From Pseudomonadales bacterium (GTDB lineage: Bacteria; Pseudomonadota; Gammaproteobacteria; Pseudomonadales; JAUIET01): a stretch of 64,000 bases of DNA. The translations under genes and the position numbers were made by a program. The DNA is taken from positions 13,323-77,322 of the forward strand of contig JBGCDE010000056.1 in NCBI GenBank assembly GCA_045105115.1. The letters run 5' to 3'. This document shows positions 28,754 through 38,247 of the stretch, in pieces (within the stretch, counting starts at the first letter, position 1; each line of letters begins with the position of its first letter). Below the pieces are notes generated by a model. It had not been told where the DNA came from and made no database searches. It saw nothing but the letters and a program-made list of their open reading frames with translations.

Positions 28754-30160
28754 TTGAGCCCAGTAGATATAACAATAATTGTCAGCTATTTTTTACTGAT
28801 GCTGGCCCTGGGTTGGTACGCCAGCCGCCAACAGCAATCTGTGGAAGATTATTATGTGGCCGGCGGCCGACTCGGTCGCTTTTCCATCGCCTGCGTATGG
28901 TTTGCATCATGGATTGGCGGCGCGGCTGTGGTGGGTGTGGCCGACAAGGCTTATGAGCTAGGAATTTCCGGCGTCTGGTACGTGGCAGCAATGGCAATAG
29001 GCTGCCTGGCATTTGGTTTGTTTTTTGCAGCTCGCGTGAAACGCCTGGGTACGCAGCACAATCTTCTTACCTATCCTGATCTAATTGAACTGCGCTATGA
29101 CAGCCGCACGCGAATTGTAGCCACTGTTACTACTGTACTTGCATTCATCGCCTATGCAGCGGGTCAACTTGCTGCTGCCGCGGGAATATTGCATACGCTG
29201 TTGGGCATAGACTACGGAACAGCGCTGCTGTTATCGGGCACAGTAATAGTGTTATACACCGCAACCGGGGGCTATCTTGCCATTACCTACACAGATTGGG
29301 TGCAGGTTATCTTACTATTTGTTGGCATAGTGCTCATAGGTGTACCCATTGCCATTTCCCAAGGTGGCGATTGGACGGCAATGAATAACACGCTGCCGGC
29401 GAGCCATTTTGAATTAGGCAATTGGGGCTGGGGGGCTATTGCGGCTTTGGTGGTTTCATTGTCACTAAGCTTTTTCACCGCCATGGACAGTTACACACGC
29501 ATGTTTGCGGCAAAGGATGAACGAACCGCCAAGCAAGGAACCTTGTTAACCGTCGCTTTGTTACTGCCGATTGCAATCGGCGCAACCTGGTTAGGCATGG
29601 CCGCCGCCACTTTGTTTCCAGGGCTGGAAAACAACAGCGATGTGTTGACTACGTTTATTGTGCAAACCTTTCCAATCGGTCTCAAGGGATTAGTTCTGGT
29701 TGGGCTTTTGGCCGCACTAATGTCGACGGCAGATATTTGCATACTTACAGCGTCGGCCAATCTCACTCGTGACGTTTATCAGCGCTATATCAATCCTGAG
29801 GTTAAACCGGATCGCTTGCTGCGCATAAGCATGCTGACATCATTGGCGGTGGGTGTATTAGCCGCACTAATGGCCTGGCAGCTGCAGGACGTGGTGAGTA
29901 TTCTTTTGCTTGGTTTCACTATAAATTCTGCAGCCTTATTTATTCCCAGCCTGGCCATGGTCTATTTTAGTAAATGGAATTCGAATGCGGCATTCTGGAG
30001 CATCAGCTTGTCGCTATTAGTTGTGGTGATCTGGAGTATTGCAACGCGATTTGACGGTTTTCCTCTAGGGCATATCGATGCGCTGTGGCCCGGCTTAATG
30101 GTTTCCTTCGTGGTGTTTGGATTGTTGAATCGAAATAGTCCAACCGCCGCTGTATTATAA
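28754..30160 (+). CDS. Sodium:solute symporter (SSS family)
   Basis: 468 aa with ~13 TM segments. N-terminal pattern SVEDYYVAGGRLGRFSIACVWFASWIGGAAVVG. TTG start with AGGAGA 8 nt upstream. Confidence 0.8.
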   Translation: MSPVDITIIVSYFLLMLALGWYASRQQQSVEDYYVAGGRLGRFSIACVWFASWIGGAAVVGVADKAYELGISGVWYVAAMAIGCLAFGLFFAARVKRLGTQHNLLTYPDLIELRYDSRTRIVATVTTVLAFIAYAAGQLAAAAGILHTLLGIDYGTALLLSGTVIVLYTATGGYLAITYTDWVQVILLFVGIVLIGVPIAISQGGDWTAMNNTLPASHFELGNWGWGAIAALVVSLSLSFFTAMDSYTRMFAAKDERTAKQGTLLTVALLLPIAIGATWLGMAAATLFPGLENNSDVLTTFIVQTFPIGLKGLVLVGLLAALMSTADICILTASANLTRDVYQRYINPEVKPDRLLRISMLTSLAVGVLAALMAWQLQDVVSILLLGFTINSAALFIPSLAMVYFSKWNSNAAFWSISLSLLVVVIWSIATRFDGFPLGHIDALWPGLMVSFVVFGLLNRNSPTAAVL

Positions 30161-30193
30161 GAAGCCGAATATCTTCATTCATAAAGAGAAATC

Positions 30194-31756
30194 ATGAACG
30201 GCGCAGAAAGTCTGATCAAAACCCTGGTAAGCAATGGCGTAGAAGTCTGCTTTAGTAATCCTGGCACATCGGAGATGCATTTTGTTGCGGCTCTGGATGA
30301 AGTTGAGGGTATGCGCTGCGTACTAGCGCTGTTTGAAGGTGTGGCAAGCGGTGCGGCCGATGGTTACGCGCGAATGGCTGGTAAACCTGCGGCTACCTTA
30401 TTGCATCTGGGGCCTGGGCTCGGTAATGCGTGGGCAAATATTCATAACGCAAGCAAAGGCAATGTGCCAATGATTAATATCATTGGCGACCACGCCAGTT
30501 ATCACCTTCAATACGACGCACCACTAACCTCAGATTTACACGGTTTGGCCGCATCAATCTCAGACACGGTAATAGCCTCTCAATCATCCGCTGAAATCGC
30601 GCACGACGCCGCTGATGCACTAGCGGCTGTAGCAGACAACAAAGTCGCCAGTCTCATTTTGCCGGCCGATGTTTCCTGGAGTGACAATCCGTCGCCATTA
30701 CCACCTACTGTTCCAACGCCCACGCCTGCCAAAATCGATTCCGACAAAATACAGCGGGCCGCCGAGCTACTGAAAAACAGTAAGACCGGAATGTTGTTTG
30801 TTGGCGGGCAAGTGTCTGTTGAGCTGGGCCATGAGCTGAGCCGCATTAGCCAGGTGACTGGCTGTAGAATTTGCCTGGAAACGTTCCCCACGCGAGTGAG
30901 TCGTGGTGCTGGCAGCGCAAAAATGGAAAAACTGCCGTATCTGGCCGAGATGGCGATTGACCATATTAAAGAAGTTGATGCGCTAATTTTAATCGGCGCA
31001 CCTGCACCTGTGTCTTTCTTTGCCTACCCCAATGTTCCGAGTGTTATACAGTCAGACACGTGCACTGTTCTTGAGTTGTGTTCTGCCGGCACTGATGTGC
31101 TTACAAACACCAAGGCTTTAGTGAATGCGCTCAACGCGGAAGCTGCTGAGCCTGCTCTCAACACAGAGCAACTGCCGCAATTGCCGAGCGGTGACCTGGA
31201 TGCAATGACGCTGGCGCAATCACTCGCAGCACTAATACCAGAAAACGCGATTGTTGTTGATGAAGGTGCAACCACCGGCCTTGCCTGCTACCCATTTACC
31301 GAGCAAGCGAAGCCGCATGATTGGCTAAGCCTGACCGGCGGCTCTATTGGTTTTGGTCTGCCCTGCGCAGTAGGTGCGGCGATAGCGTGCCCGGATCGCA
31401 AAGTAATTTGCCTTGAAGGCGACGGCAGTGCGATGTACACCATCCAGGCACTCTGGACAATGGTACGCGAACAGCTGGACGTAACCGTGGTGATTTGCAA
31501 TAACAGCAAATACAATATTCTTGAATTGGAATTTGCGCGCACCGGTGCGCGTGGCGGTGTACCCGGTGACAAAGCCGCCTCCATGATGGACATAAGCAAT
31601 CCGTCTATGGACTTTGCAGAAATGGCCAGAGGCTTTGGCATGCAAGCCAGCAGGGCAACTACCGCCGAGGAATTCTCCAGCCAGTTAGCACACGCTCTTG
31701 AATCAACTGGCCCAACATTGATTGACGCTGTTGTACCTTGTATGAAGCTAGGATAG
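30194..31756 (+). CDS. Thiamine-diphosphate-dependent enzyme (acetolactate synthase large subunit / benzoylformate decarboxylase-like)
   Basis: N-terminal PYR domain GVEVCFSNPGTSEMHF..GAADGYARMAGKPAA and a C-terminal ThDP-binding motif CLEGDGSAMYTIQALWT..VVICNNSKYNIL (GDG..N). Confidence 0.75.
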   Translation: MNGAESLIKTLVSNGVEVCFSNPGTSEMHFVAALDEVEGMRCVLALFEGVASGAADGYARMAGKPAATLLHLGPGLGNAWANIHNASKGNVPMINIIGDHASYHLQYDAPLTSDLHGLAASISDTVIASQSSAEIAHDAADALAAVADNKVASLILPADVSWSDNPSPLPPTVPTPTPAKIDSDKIQRAAELLKNSKTGMLFVGGQVSVELGHELSRISQVTGCRICLETFPTRVSRGAGSAKMEKLPYLAEMAIDHIKEVDALILIGAPAPVSFFAYPNVPSVIQSDTCTVLELCSAGTDVLTNTKALVNALNAEAAEPALNTEQLPQLPSGDLDAMTLAQSLAALIPENAIVVDEGATTGLACYPFTEQAKPHDWLSLTGGSIGFGLPCAVGAAIACPDRKVICLEGDGSAMYTIQALWTMVREQLDVTVVICNNSKYNILELEFARTGARGGVPGDKAASMMDISNPSMDFAEMARGFGMQASRATTAEEFSSQLAHALESTGPTLIDAVVPCMKLG

Positions 31757-31766
31757 AAAAGTCTAA

Positions 31767-32930
31767 ATGAGTATTTTCTACGTCACGCCAGTAAGCACTG
31801 GTGACTATCGCAAACGTGCGAAACGCAAACTGCCGCGATTTTTGTTTGATTATATCGACGGGGCAGCCAATGCCGAAGTAACACTAGGGAAAAACACGTC
31901 TGACTTTAACCATTGGCAGTTGCGACAAAGAGTGATGCGCAATGTTGATTCCATCAGCACGCAAACAAGGTTGATGGGCCAAGATTGCAGTATGCCGCTG
32001 GCCTTAGCACCAATTGGTATGGCTGGCATGATGGCACGACGCGGCGAAACAAGTGCGGCAAGTGCAGCCAAAAACAAACAAGTACCTTTTGCGGCTTCCA
32101 CTTTGAGCATTTGTCCCATCGAGGAAATACAGCAATCGGTCAACGCGCCCTTCTGGTTTCAACTCTATATGTTGCGAGACCGCGATTTGGTGTTGAAACT
32201 GATGCAAAGAGCGAAACAAGCTCAGTGCAATACACTTGTTTTTACCGTAGACCTTCCAGTAACAGGCGCGCGATTGCGCGATTTCAAAAACGGCATGATC
32301 GGTGGAGGCGCGGCTGGGAAACTGTCGCAGGCTGCACAGATTGCCTGCAGCCCACAGTGGCTCATTGATGTAGCTCTACAAGGCAAGCCGCTGACCTTTG
32401 GTAACTTCAGTGAGGTAATGGAGGACATAGCTAAGCTAACATCCTATAAGGCATTTATTGATGCGCAATTCGATCCAAGCGTTACCTGGAAAGACATTGC
32501 CTGGATACGCGAGCAGTGGCACGGCAAGCTCGTCATCAAAGGTGTAATGGAAGTAGACGATGCAAAAGCCGCAATAGATGCAGGTGCTGACGGCATTGTC
32601 GTATCAAACCATGGCGGTCGACAACTCGATGGTATCGCCTCCAGCATCAGCAAACTTAAGCCAATCAGCGACGCGGTAGGTGATACGACGGAAGTGCTTG
32701 TAGACAGCGGTATACGCAACGGAATTGATGTACTGAAAGCCCTGGCTTTAGGCGCCGATGGCGCTTTGATCGGCCGAGCATGGATCTACGCCGTGGCAGC
32801 CGGTGGTCAGCCTGCTTTAGAGAACCTGCTGGATTCACTTCAAAATGAAATCGCAACCGGCATGGCTCTGATGGGCGTTAATTCAATTGAAGAAATTAAC
32901 GCTGATCTTATCGAATCAATCTCGCTCTAA
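31767..32930 (+). CDS. FMN-dependent alpha-hydroxy-acid dehydrogenase/oxidase (LldD / mandelate dehydrogenase family)
   Basis: DYRKRAKRKLPRFLFDYIDGAA..APIGMAGM..FWFQLYMLRDR..LVFTVDLPVTGARLRD..IVVSNHGGRQLDG..DSGIRNGIDVLKALALGA. Confidence 0.85.
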   Translation: MSIFYVTPVSTGDYRKRAKRKLPRFLFDYIDGAANAEVTLGKNTSDFNHWQLRQRVMRNVDSISTQTRLMGQDCSMPLALAPIGMAGMMARRGETSAASAAKNKQVPFAASTLSICPIEEIQQSVNAPFWFQLYMLRDRDLVLKLMQRAKQAQCNTLVFTVDLPVTGARLRDFKNGMIGGGAAGKLSQAAQIACSPQWLIDVALQGKPLTFGNFSEVMEDIAKLTSYKAFIDAQFDPSVTWKDIAWIREQWHGKLVIKGVMEVDDAKAAIDAGADGIVVSNHGGRQLDGIASSISKLKPISDAVGDTTEVLVDSGIRNGIDVLKALALGADGALIGRAWIYAVAAGGQPALENLLDSLQNEIATGMALMGVNSIEEINADLIESISL

Positions 32931-34750
32931 GGTTGATACCAAATGGGCGAGGTATAGGCTCGCTCTTGAGTAATCATTGGCACTTCATCAGACATCTCAA
33001 CATCAAAACGCACCGCGTCATAGGCCGTCCAGCGTGGTGTTGGTATTTCCAGAACTCGCACATAGTAGAACGCTGATTGCTCAGGGTTGAATTCGGGGTC
33101 TTGCCATTCGCGGTTCAATTGCGTTGCGCCAATGGTATTGCTGTAGGTCGCGTTACTTAGATCAACTGTGTTTCCAACCGCGGGAAGTTTGCCTTTGCGA
33201 TTGATTTTTCGATCACCAGACCATGCCACGTTAAACACTTTTTCCTGCGCATCACCGTTTCTATCTAACCACCCTTTAACAAGCTGGATTCTATCCAGAT
33301 TAGCGCCAATCGGGTCTTTAAGTGCGCTGATAACAAAGGTTGGTGCTGTATTAGCTGAGGCCTTCAGTTCACCGCCCATAGGCACGTTCTGATCAGCAAG
33401 TTTTGCATCAAAACGCACAGTCATACGCGGGCCTGTTGTTGCATAGGTTTCGCGACGCATCATCGCGTCAAATATTGCTTCGCGAGTGTTTTCTTCAGCC
33501 CAAACCGCAGCGTATCCTGAGGCGGCCATTTGCCAACCAAAGGTAATAGAGCCATTTACGTTGGCCAGATGACCCATGGCACGCTGGGCGCTCGGTTCCA
33601 TATAACTCATCTTGCCGAAAAAATTATCTTCTTCACCAGTGGCTAACCCTGTGTGACTGTCGGTCGAACCAATCATGCCGAACTGATACGGATTGGTGCC
33701 AAGTTCTTGCTGACGCTGCAAGCCCATTTTCAAAGCCTCTCTGGCATATTCATACGCCAACATATCCTTCGTTTTTTTGACTCCTCTAAAATTCGCTCTG
33801 TCCCAAGTTTCGTAGTCTGCAAATTCGTCGTTCTTTGAAATAAAAGGATGAGTCTCTCCGTCACCTTTTATCTGCGTTACTTCGTACAAAGGCTCCCAGC
33901 GTGCGCGCGCTTCTACGTATTCCTTGCTAAGCGCCTTGCCGGTTCTTGGGTTGATTTCAGGAAACATTATCCCGTTACTGATATTGCCGTTGTGCGCCAA
34001 TGCCAAAACCTGACCGCCCGTACTGCGCTCATAGGCAGCCATCCAGTTCCACAAGTCTTCGGGGTAACTGCTGTCTCTGGTTGTATACGGCAGTACACCA
34101 TTGGCCTTATCCGCACCGTCCCGGTAGAGAATATTCCGATGCAAGTTGTTTCCGTTTTCTGACGACGTCCACTCGTAACCAATAACCGTGGTAAATTGGC
34201 CGGGTTGATTAAACGCATCGGCCGTTGTCAGATAATCACTCCAGACTTTTCCGAAGAACTCCTGATCAAAAAGAATATCCGGTGCCGATCCATCAGTTAA
34301 TGCAGTCATCACTTCCATGCGCGTCGCAAGCTGCTTATCACTACTGTCGTTGTTGAGGCGGCGATTCCAGTCTTTGATCTTCTCATCAAGCATAAAATCC
34401 TTTCTGCCAGCGATAATCTCCGACATCGTGCCCATCGCATCAGAATGATCCGAGACCACCAGAAAATCCAGCGGCCTAGATAGCTTCACCTTAAGCCCAT
34501 GAGTTGACGTCACTTGATCGCCACGCGCAAAGCGGTATGCCGTCGCCTGATCAAGTTCAACGCCGAAGGCTCTGGCATCCAACGACAAGGTTGTATGCAA
34601 ATGCGTATCGCCCCACAACACTTGTTTGTCGCCGATACCAGAAGCATAAGGCGAAAAATTTGTTGCGGGCGGCTCAGCCAGTGCCAGCGTCGATACGCCT
34701 AGTAAACCGCTTGTTAGTATTCGACACGCAAATGACGATAGTGATCGCAT
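32927..34750 (-). CDS. Periplasmic DUF3604-family protein (PHP-like metal-dependent hydrolase fold), function unknown
   Basis: ATG 34750 (MRSLSSFACRILTSGLLGVSTLALA signal) with AGGTG 6 nt upstream; an alternative GTG lies at 34759. The WGDTHLHTTLSLDA motif is typical of DUF3604. Confidence 0.55.
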   Translation of the reverse strand: MRSLSSFACRILTSGLLGVSTLALAEPPATNFSPYASGIGDKQVLWGDTHLHTTLSLDARAFGVELDQATAYRFARGDQVTSTHGLKVKLSRPLDFLVVSDHSDAMGTMSEIIAGRKDFMLDEKIKDWNRRLNNDSSDKQLATRMEVMTALTDGSAPDILFDQEFFGKVWSDYLTTADAFNQPGQFTTVIGYEWTSSENGNNLHRNILYRDGADKANGVLPYTTRDSSYPEDLWNWMAAYERSTGGQVLALAHNGNISNGIMFPEINPRTGKALSKEYVEARARWEPLYEVTQIKGDGETHPFISKNDEFADYETWDRANFRGVKKTKDMLAYEYAREALKMGLQRQQELGTNPYQFGMIGSTDSHTGLATGEEDNFFGKMSYMEPSAQRAMGHLANVNGSITFGWQMAASGYAAVWAEENTREAIFDAMMRRETYATTGPRMTVRFDAKLADQNVPMGGELKASANTAPTFVISALKDPIGANLDRIQLVKGWLDRNGDAQEKVFNVAWSGDRKINRKGKLPAVGNTVDLSNATYSNTIGATQLNREWQDPEFNPEQSAFYYVRVLEIPTPRWTAYDAVRFDVEMSDEVPMITQERAYTSPIWYQP

Positions 34751-34759
34751 AAAATTCAC

Positions 34760-36871
34760 CTATTGTTTTTCTTGGTAAAGACGATCCGCTGCCGCAAGAA
34801 CGTATTGACGTACGGCTTCAGCGTCGTCCGTGGAGATGTATTCTTTAAAGCCAACCATCCCAAGCTGACTCAATACACCCTCGAGAACAATGTCATTCCA
34901 TACAGTGTGAATACCTTCACCTGAATAACGCAGATCAGGTGTGATACCACCAGTGCGCAAGCCATCACCATGACAATAAGCGCAATGGCGCTGATAAATA
35001 ACCTGACCGTGTGACACAGTTTCCGCGTTAGCAGTCACAGCCTCAGGCTTCGTTAACTCGCGCTCTGCGATCACTTTCGGTTCAGGCAACTCATGCGTAC
35101 CACCGAGCTTATAAACCAACACGCGGGAACGATTGGGTATTTTCCAATGATGGGCAATGGCGCCACCTTGTGCGGCAAAACCACCACCAAAGCCAACCGC
35201 AACAGCAATGTATTGCACACCGTCTACCGCGTAACTGATCGGTGCAGCCATGGCGCCGGTTTGTGTATAGTGCGACCAAAGCTCAGCGCCATTTTCTGCG
35301 TCATGCGCTGTCAGATTGCCATGCTTGCCCGGCTGGAAAACCAGCATACCCGCGGTACTCAGTGTGCCACCCAAAGTCGGCCGCTCTGGCTCCTGCACCC
35401 AGACCTTTTGCTGTTTTATCGGGTCCCAGGCTAGTAACTGGCCATTGAACTGTTGATCAAGTACCGCATCTATTTGCTCTGATGGAATCGGCGGCGGCGC
35501 CATGCCCATATTATTGAAGCCCAGATTCCACAGACCTTGGCCCGGCTTGGAATCGATGTCGTCAGTGGCTTCCAGATACGCTGATGGAAAGCGCATAGTG
35601 GGTATGTAGACCAGACCTGTATCGGGGTTATACGACATAGGCGGCCAGTTGTGCCCGCCCCCCATTGCAGGGACTACCTGCTTCTTGCCATCAAATACGC
35701 GCGAACCTTCTGTTTCCACAGGCCTGCCGGTTTCCATGTCAACATGGCTTGCCCAACTGACCTCGGTAAACTTCTCAGCCGATATCAATTCGCCAGTAAC
35801 CCTGTCCAGCACATAGAAGAAGCCATTCTTGGGCGCTTGCATTAACACTTTGCGCTGCTTGCCATCAATTTCCAGATCAGCCAGCATAATGTGCTGGGTA
35901 GCGGTGAAGTCCCAGGTCTCTCCGGGTGTCGTTTGGTAATGCCAAACGTATTCGCCACTATCAGCGCTGAGTGCAACTATCGAAGAAAGGAATAGATTGT
36001 CACCACCTTCCGGGCTGCGAACGCGTTGATTCCAGGGCGAACCATTGCCCACTCCTATGTACACCAGATTAAGCTCTGGCTCGTACACAATGGCGTCCCA
36101 AACGGTGCCGCCACCTCCCCATTTCCACCACTCACCATTCCAGGTAGCTGCAGCTTCTTTCATGGCCTCATTTTCAAAACCATCGGCTGGGTTACCTGGC
36201 ACCGTGAAGAATCGCCAAACTTGCTTACCCGTCTCGATGTCGTAGGCCGTGACATAACCACGCACACCCAACTCGGCACCACCATTGCCGATGATAACTT
36301 TGTCACCGGCAATACGCGGCGCACCTGTAATGGTGTACGACTGCTCGCGATCCGTTGTTTGCACGTCCCAGGCTACACTGCCGTCATTGCTGTTCAATGC
36401 AATCAGTCGACCGTCATAGGCTCCCACAATGACTTTGCCATTTGCGTACGCAACCCCACGATTCACGGCATCGCAACAACCTTTTGCCAAAAAAGCCTTA
36501 TCAACTTTGGGGTCATAAGACCACTTAAGGGTTCCGTCAGTGGCATTCAATGCATACACAATAGACCAGCTACCGCTGACAAACATGGTTCCATCAATCA
36601 CCAGAGGTGTTGCTTCAACGCCGCGACGCGTAAACATATCAAACGACCAATGCAGGCCAAGGTCTTTGACATTGTCGCGAGTTACTTGATCCAGTGATGA
36701 ATGCCGCTGCTCGCCCCAATCATTGCCGTGCAGCGACCAGTCCACACTGGAATTTGCGCCAGCTATCGACTTGGGCGCCGGCCTGGCTTCCGGATTTATC
36801 GGGTCTTCATTCTTGCTTGCGCCGCACGCACAAAGCGCTAAAAGCAAAACAGCAATAGCTATTTGCCGCAT
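34760..36871 (-). CDS. Quinohemoprotein PQQ-dependent alcohol dehydrogenase (8-bladed propeller plus C-terminal cytochrome c)
   Basis: Lipoprotein-like signal LLLALCACG, PQQ-ADH N-terminal pattern DWSLHGNDWGEQRHSSLDQV..TPLVIDGTMFV, adjacent-Cys GCCDAVNRGVA, and a C-terminal heme site CAYCHG. Confidence 0.85.
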   Translation of the reverse strand: MRQIAIAVLLLALCACGASKNEDPINPEARPAPKSIAGANSSVDWSLHGNDWGEQRHSSLDQVTRDNVKDLGLHWSFDMFTRRGVEATPLVIDGTMFVSGSWSIVYALNATDGTLKWSYDPKVDKAFLAKGCCDAVNRGVAYANGKVIVGAYDGRLIALNSNDGSVAWDVQTTDREQSYTITGAPRIAGDKVIIGNGGAELGVRGYVTAYDIETGKQVWRFFTVPGNPADGFENEAMKEAAATWNGEWWKWGGGGTVWDAIVYEPELNLVYIGVGNGSPWNQRVRSPEGGDNLFLSSIVALSADSGEYVWHYQTTPGETWDFTATQHIMLADLEIDGKQRKVLMQAPKNGFFYVLDRVTGELISAEKFTEVSWASHVDMETGRPVETEGSRVFDGKKQVVPAMGGGHNWPPMSYNPDTGLVYIPTMRFPSAYLEATDDIDSKPGQGLWNLGFNNMGMAPPPIPSEQIDAVLDQQFNGQLLAWDPIKQQKVWVQEPERPTLGGTLSTAGMLVFQPGKHGNLTAHDAENGAELWSHYTQTGAMAAPISYAVDGVQYIAVAVGFGGGFAAQGGAIAHHWKIPNRSRVLVYKLGGTHELPEPKVIAERELTKPEAVTANAETVSHGQVIYQRHCAYCHGDGLRTGGITPDLRYSGEGIHTVWNDIVLEGVLSQLGMVGFKEYISTDDAEAVRQYVLAAADRLYQEKQ

Positions 36872-36956
36872 ATCGGTCTCCTGTTATTTTTTTGAAAGCT
36901 GCCTATAGACTTGCAACAAATTTACCACACATGCCCCAACAGCACTCTACAAGCTG

Positions 36957-37370
36957 TTAGCTTTGTCGCCCGGAGTATTCAAGAATCGCCCATAGAATGT
37001 TACGACAACTCAGCTGACCAACCAACTTGCCATTTTTGATTACCGGTCTACGGCGATGTCTGGCGGCAAGCATCGACTGGGCTACAGCAACGATATCATC
37101 ATCCGGGCTACAAGACTCGACGTCAGTAGTCATGTAATCGGCCACCAGACCACCGGCTGCCGTACCTTCGTTATAAACGTCACCAAGTACCGCCTTTAAG
37201 CAATCAAGCTCGGAGATCACGCCCACAACACAACGCTGATCATCAATGACCGTCAAACCGGTAATTCGATGTTCCTGAATCAACTGGATGGCTTCATACA
37301 CCGTCGCATCCGCTCTCACAGTGGCGGGCTTGGTATGCATGCAGTTTTCAATAAGATAGGGGTTAGACAC
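36957..37370 (-). CDS. CBS-pair domain protein
   Basis: 137 aa with two CBS repeats (TVYEAIQLIQEHRITGLTVIDD..VVGVISELD and VAVAQSMLAARHRRRPVIKNGKLVGQLS). Confidence 0.8.
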   Translation of the reverse strand: MSNPYLIENCMHTKPATVRADATVYEAIQLIQEHRITGLTVIDDQRCVVGVISELDCLKAVLGDVYNEGTAAGGLVADYMTTDVESCSPDDDIVAVAQSMLAARHRRRPVIKNGKLVGQLSCRNILWAILEYSGRQS

Positions 37371-37565
37371 TGTTACGCTCCCTTGTTTTGTTACTTAGGT
37401 TTCGATACTTAGTTTTCGATACTAAGATTGCGGCACCAAGGCAGTGCCATTTACACCGAATATGACATTGACGACAGGTGCTTGCAACACCTGTCTACTT
37501 CGCAATGGACGTGCGGTACACTTCTCGCACAACTGCAGACCTTGAATACCGCCTGGAGCAAGAAA

Positions 37566-38150
37566 ATGTCCAATAACACCGACCGTCAGGTTTTAAACAA
37601 AGCCAATCTTGGAATAGTCGATGGCCTAGCCCTGCAAGCCTCTGATGGCGGCTTGGACGAGTTGAGAAAGAACATTCAGCATCTGATGGACATTGAAGCT
37701 ATCAAGCAACTAAAGCACGCCTACTTTCGGTGTATCGACACGGCTAATCTCGAAGAATTGGCCACATTGTTCCACCCGGATGTAAAAGTACACTTTATTG
37801 GTGGTACCTATGAATGGCAGCTCACGGGCAGTGACGAATACGTCGCGTCTATCGGGCAAAGTTTCAACAAGCGGTCTGTTGGGCACCACAATGGGCATCA
37901 GCCTGAAATACAAGTGTTGAGCGAAACCGAAGCCACAGGAATATGGTATCTAACTGATAATATGTGGGTGATGCAGCACAAGGCGTTCACCACAGGTACG
38001 GCAATTTATTGGGACAGCTATGTTAAGCAAGATGGCCGTTGGCTGATCAGCGAAACCCGTTATGAACGGCTGTATGAATTAAACGAGCAACTTACACAAG
38101 ACCCTGCTTTTAGCTCTCATTACCTTGGCGCACATGGCGGCGACGCATAA
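37566..38150 (+). CDS. SnoaL-like / NTF2-fold protein
   Basis: DIEAIKQLKHAYFRCIDTANLEELATLFHPDV..GRWLISETRYERLY is typical of the SnoaL_4/NTF2 fold. Start at ATG 37566. Confidence 0.55.
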   Translation: MSNNTDRQVLNKANLGIVDGLALQASDGGLDELRKNIQHLMDIEAIKQLKHAYFRCIDTANLEELATLFHPDVKVHFIGGTYEWQLTGSDEYVASIGQSFNKRSVGHHNGHQPEIQVLSETEATGIWYLTDNMWVMQHKAFTTGTAIYWDSYVKQDGRWLISETRYERLYELNEQLTQDPAFSSHYLGAHGGDA

Positions 38151-38247
38151 GCTTATTTCGACACAGTCTAGCAAACGTCTTTACGCCTGTTTACTATCCA
38201 ATAGAGTCGGCCTATTCTGCAAACCTGCAGATTAATATGGCGCGTAA

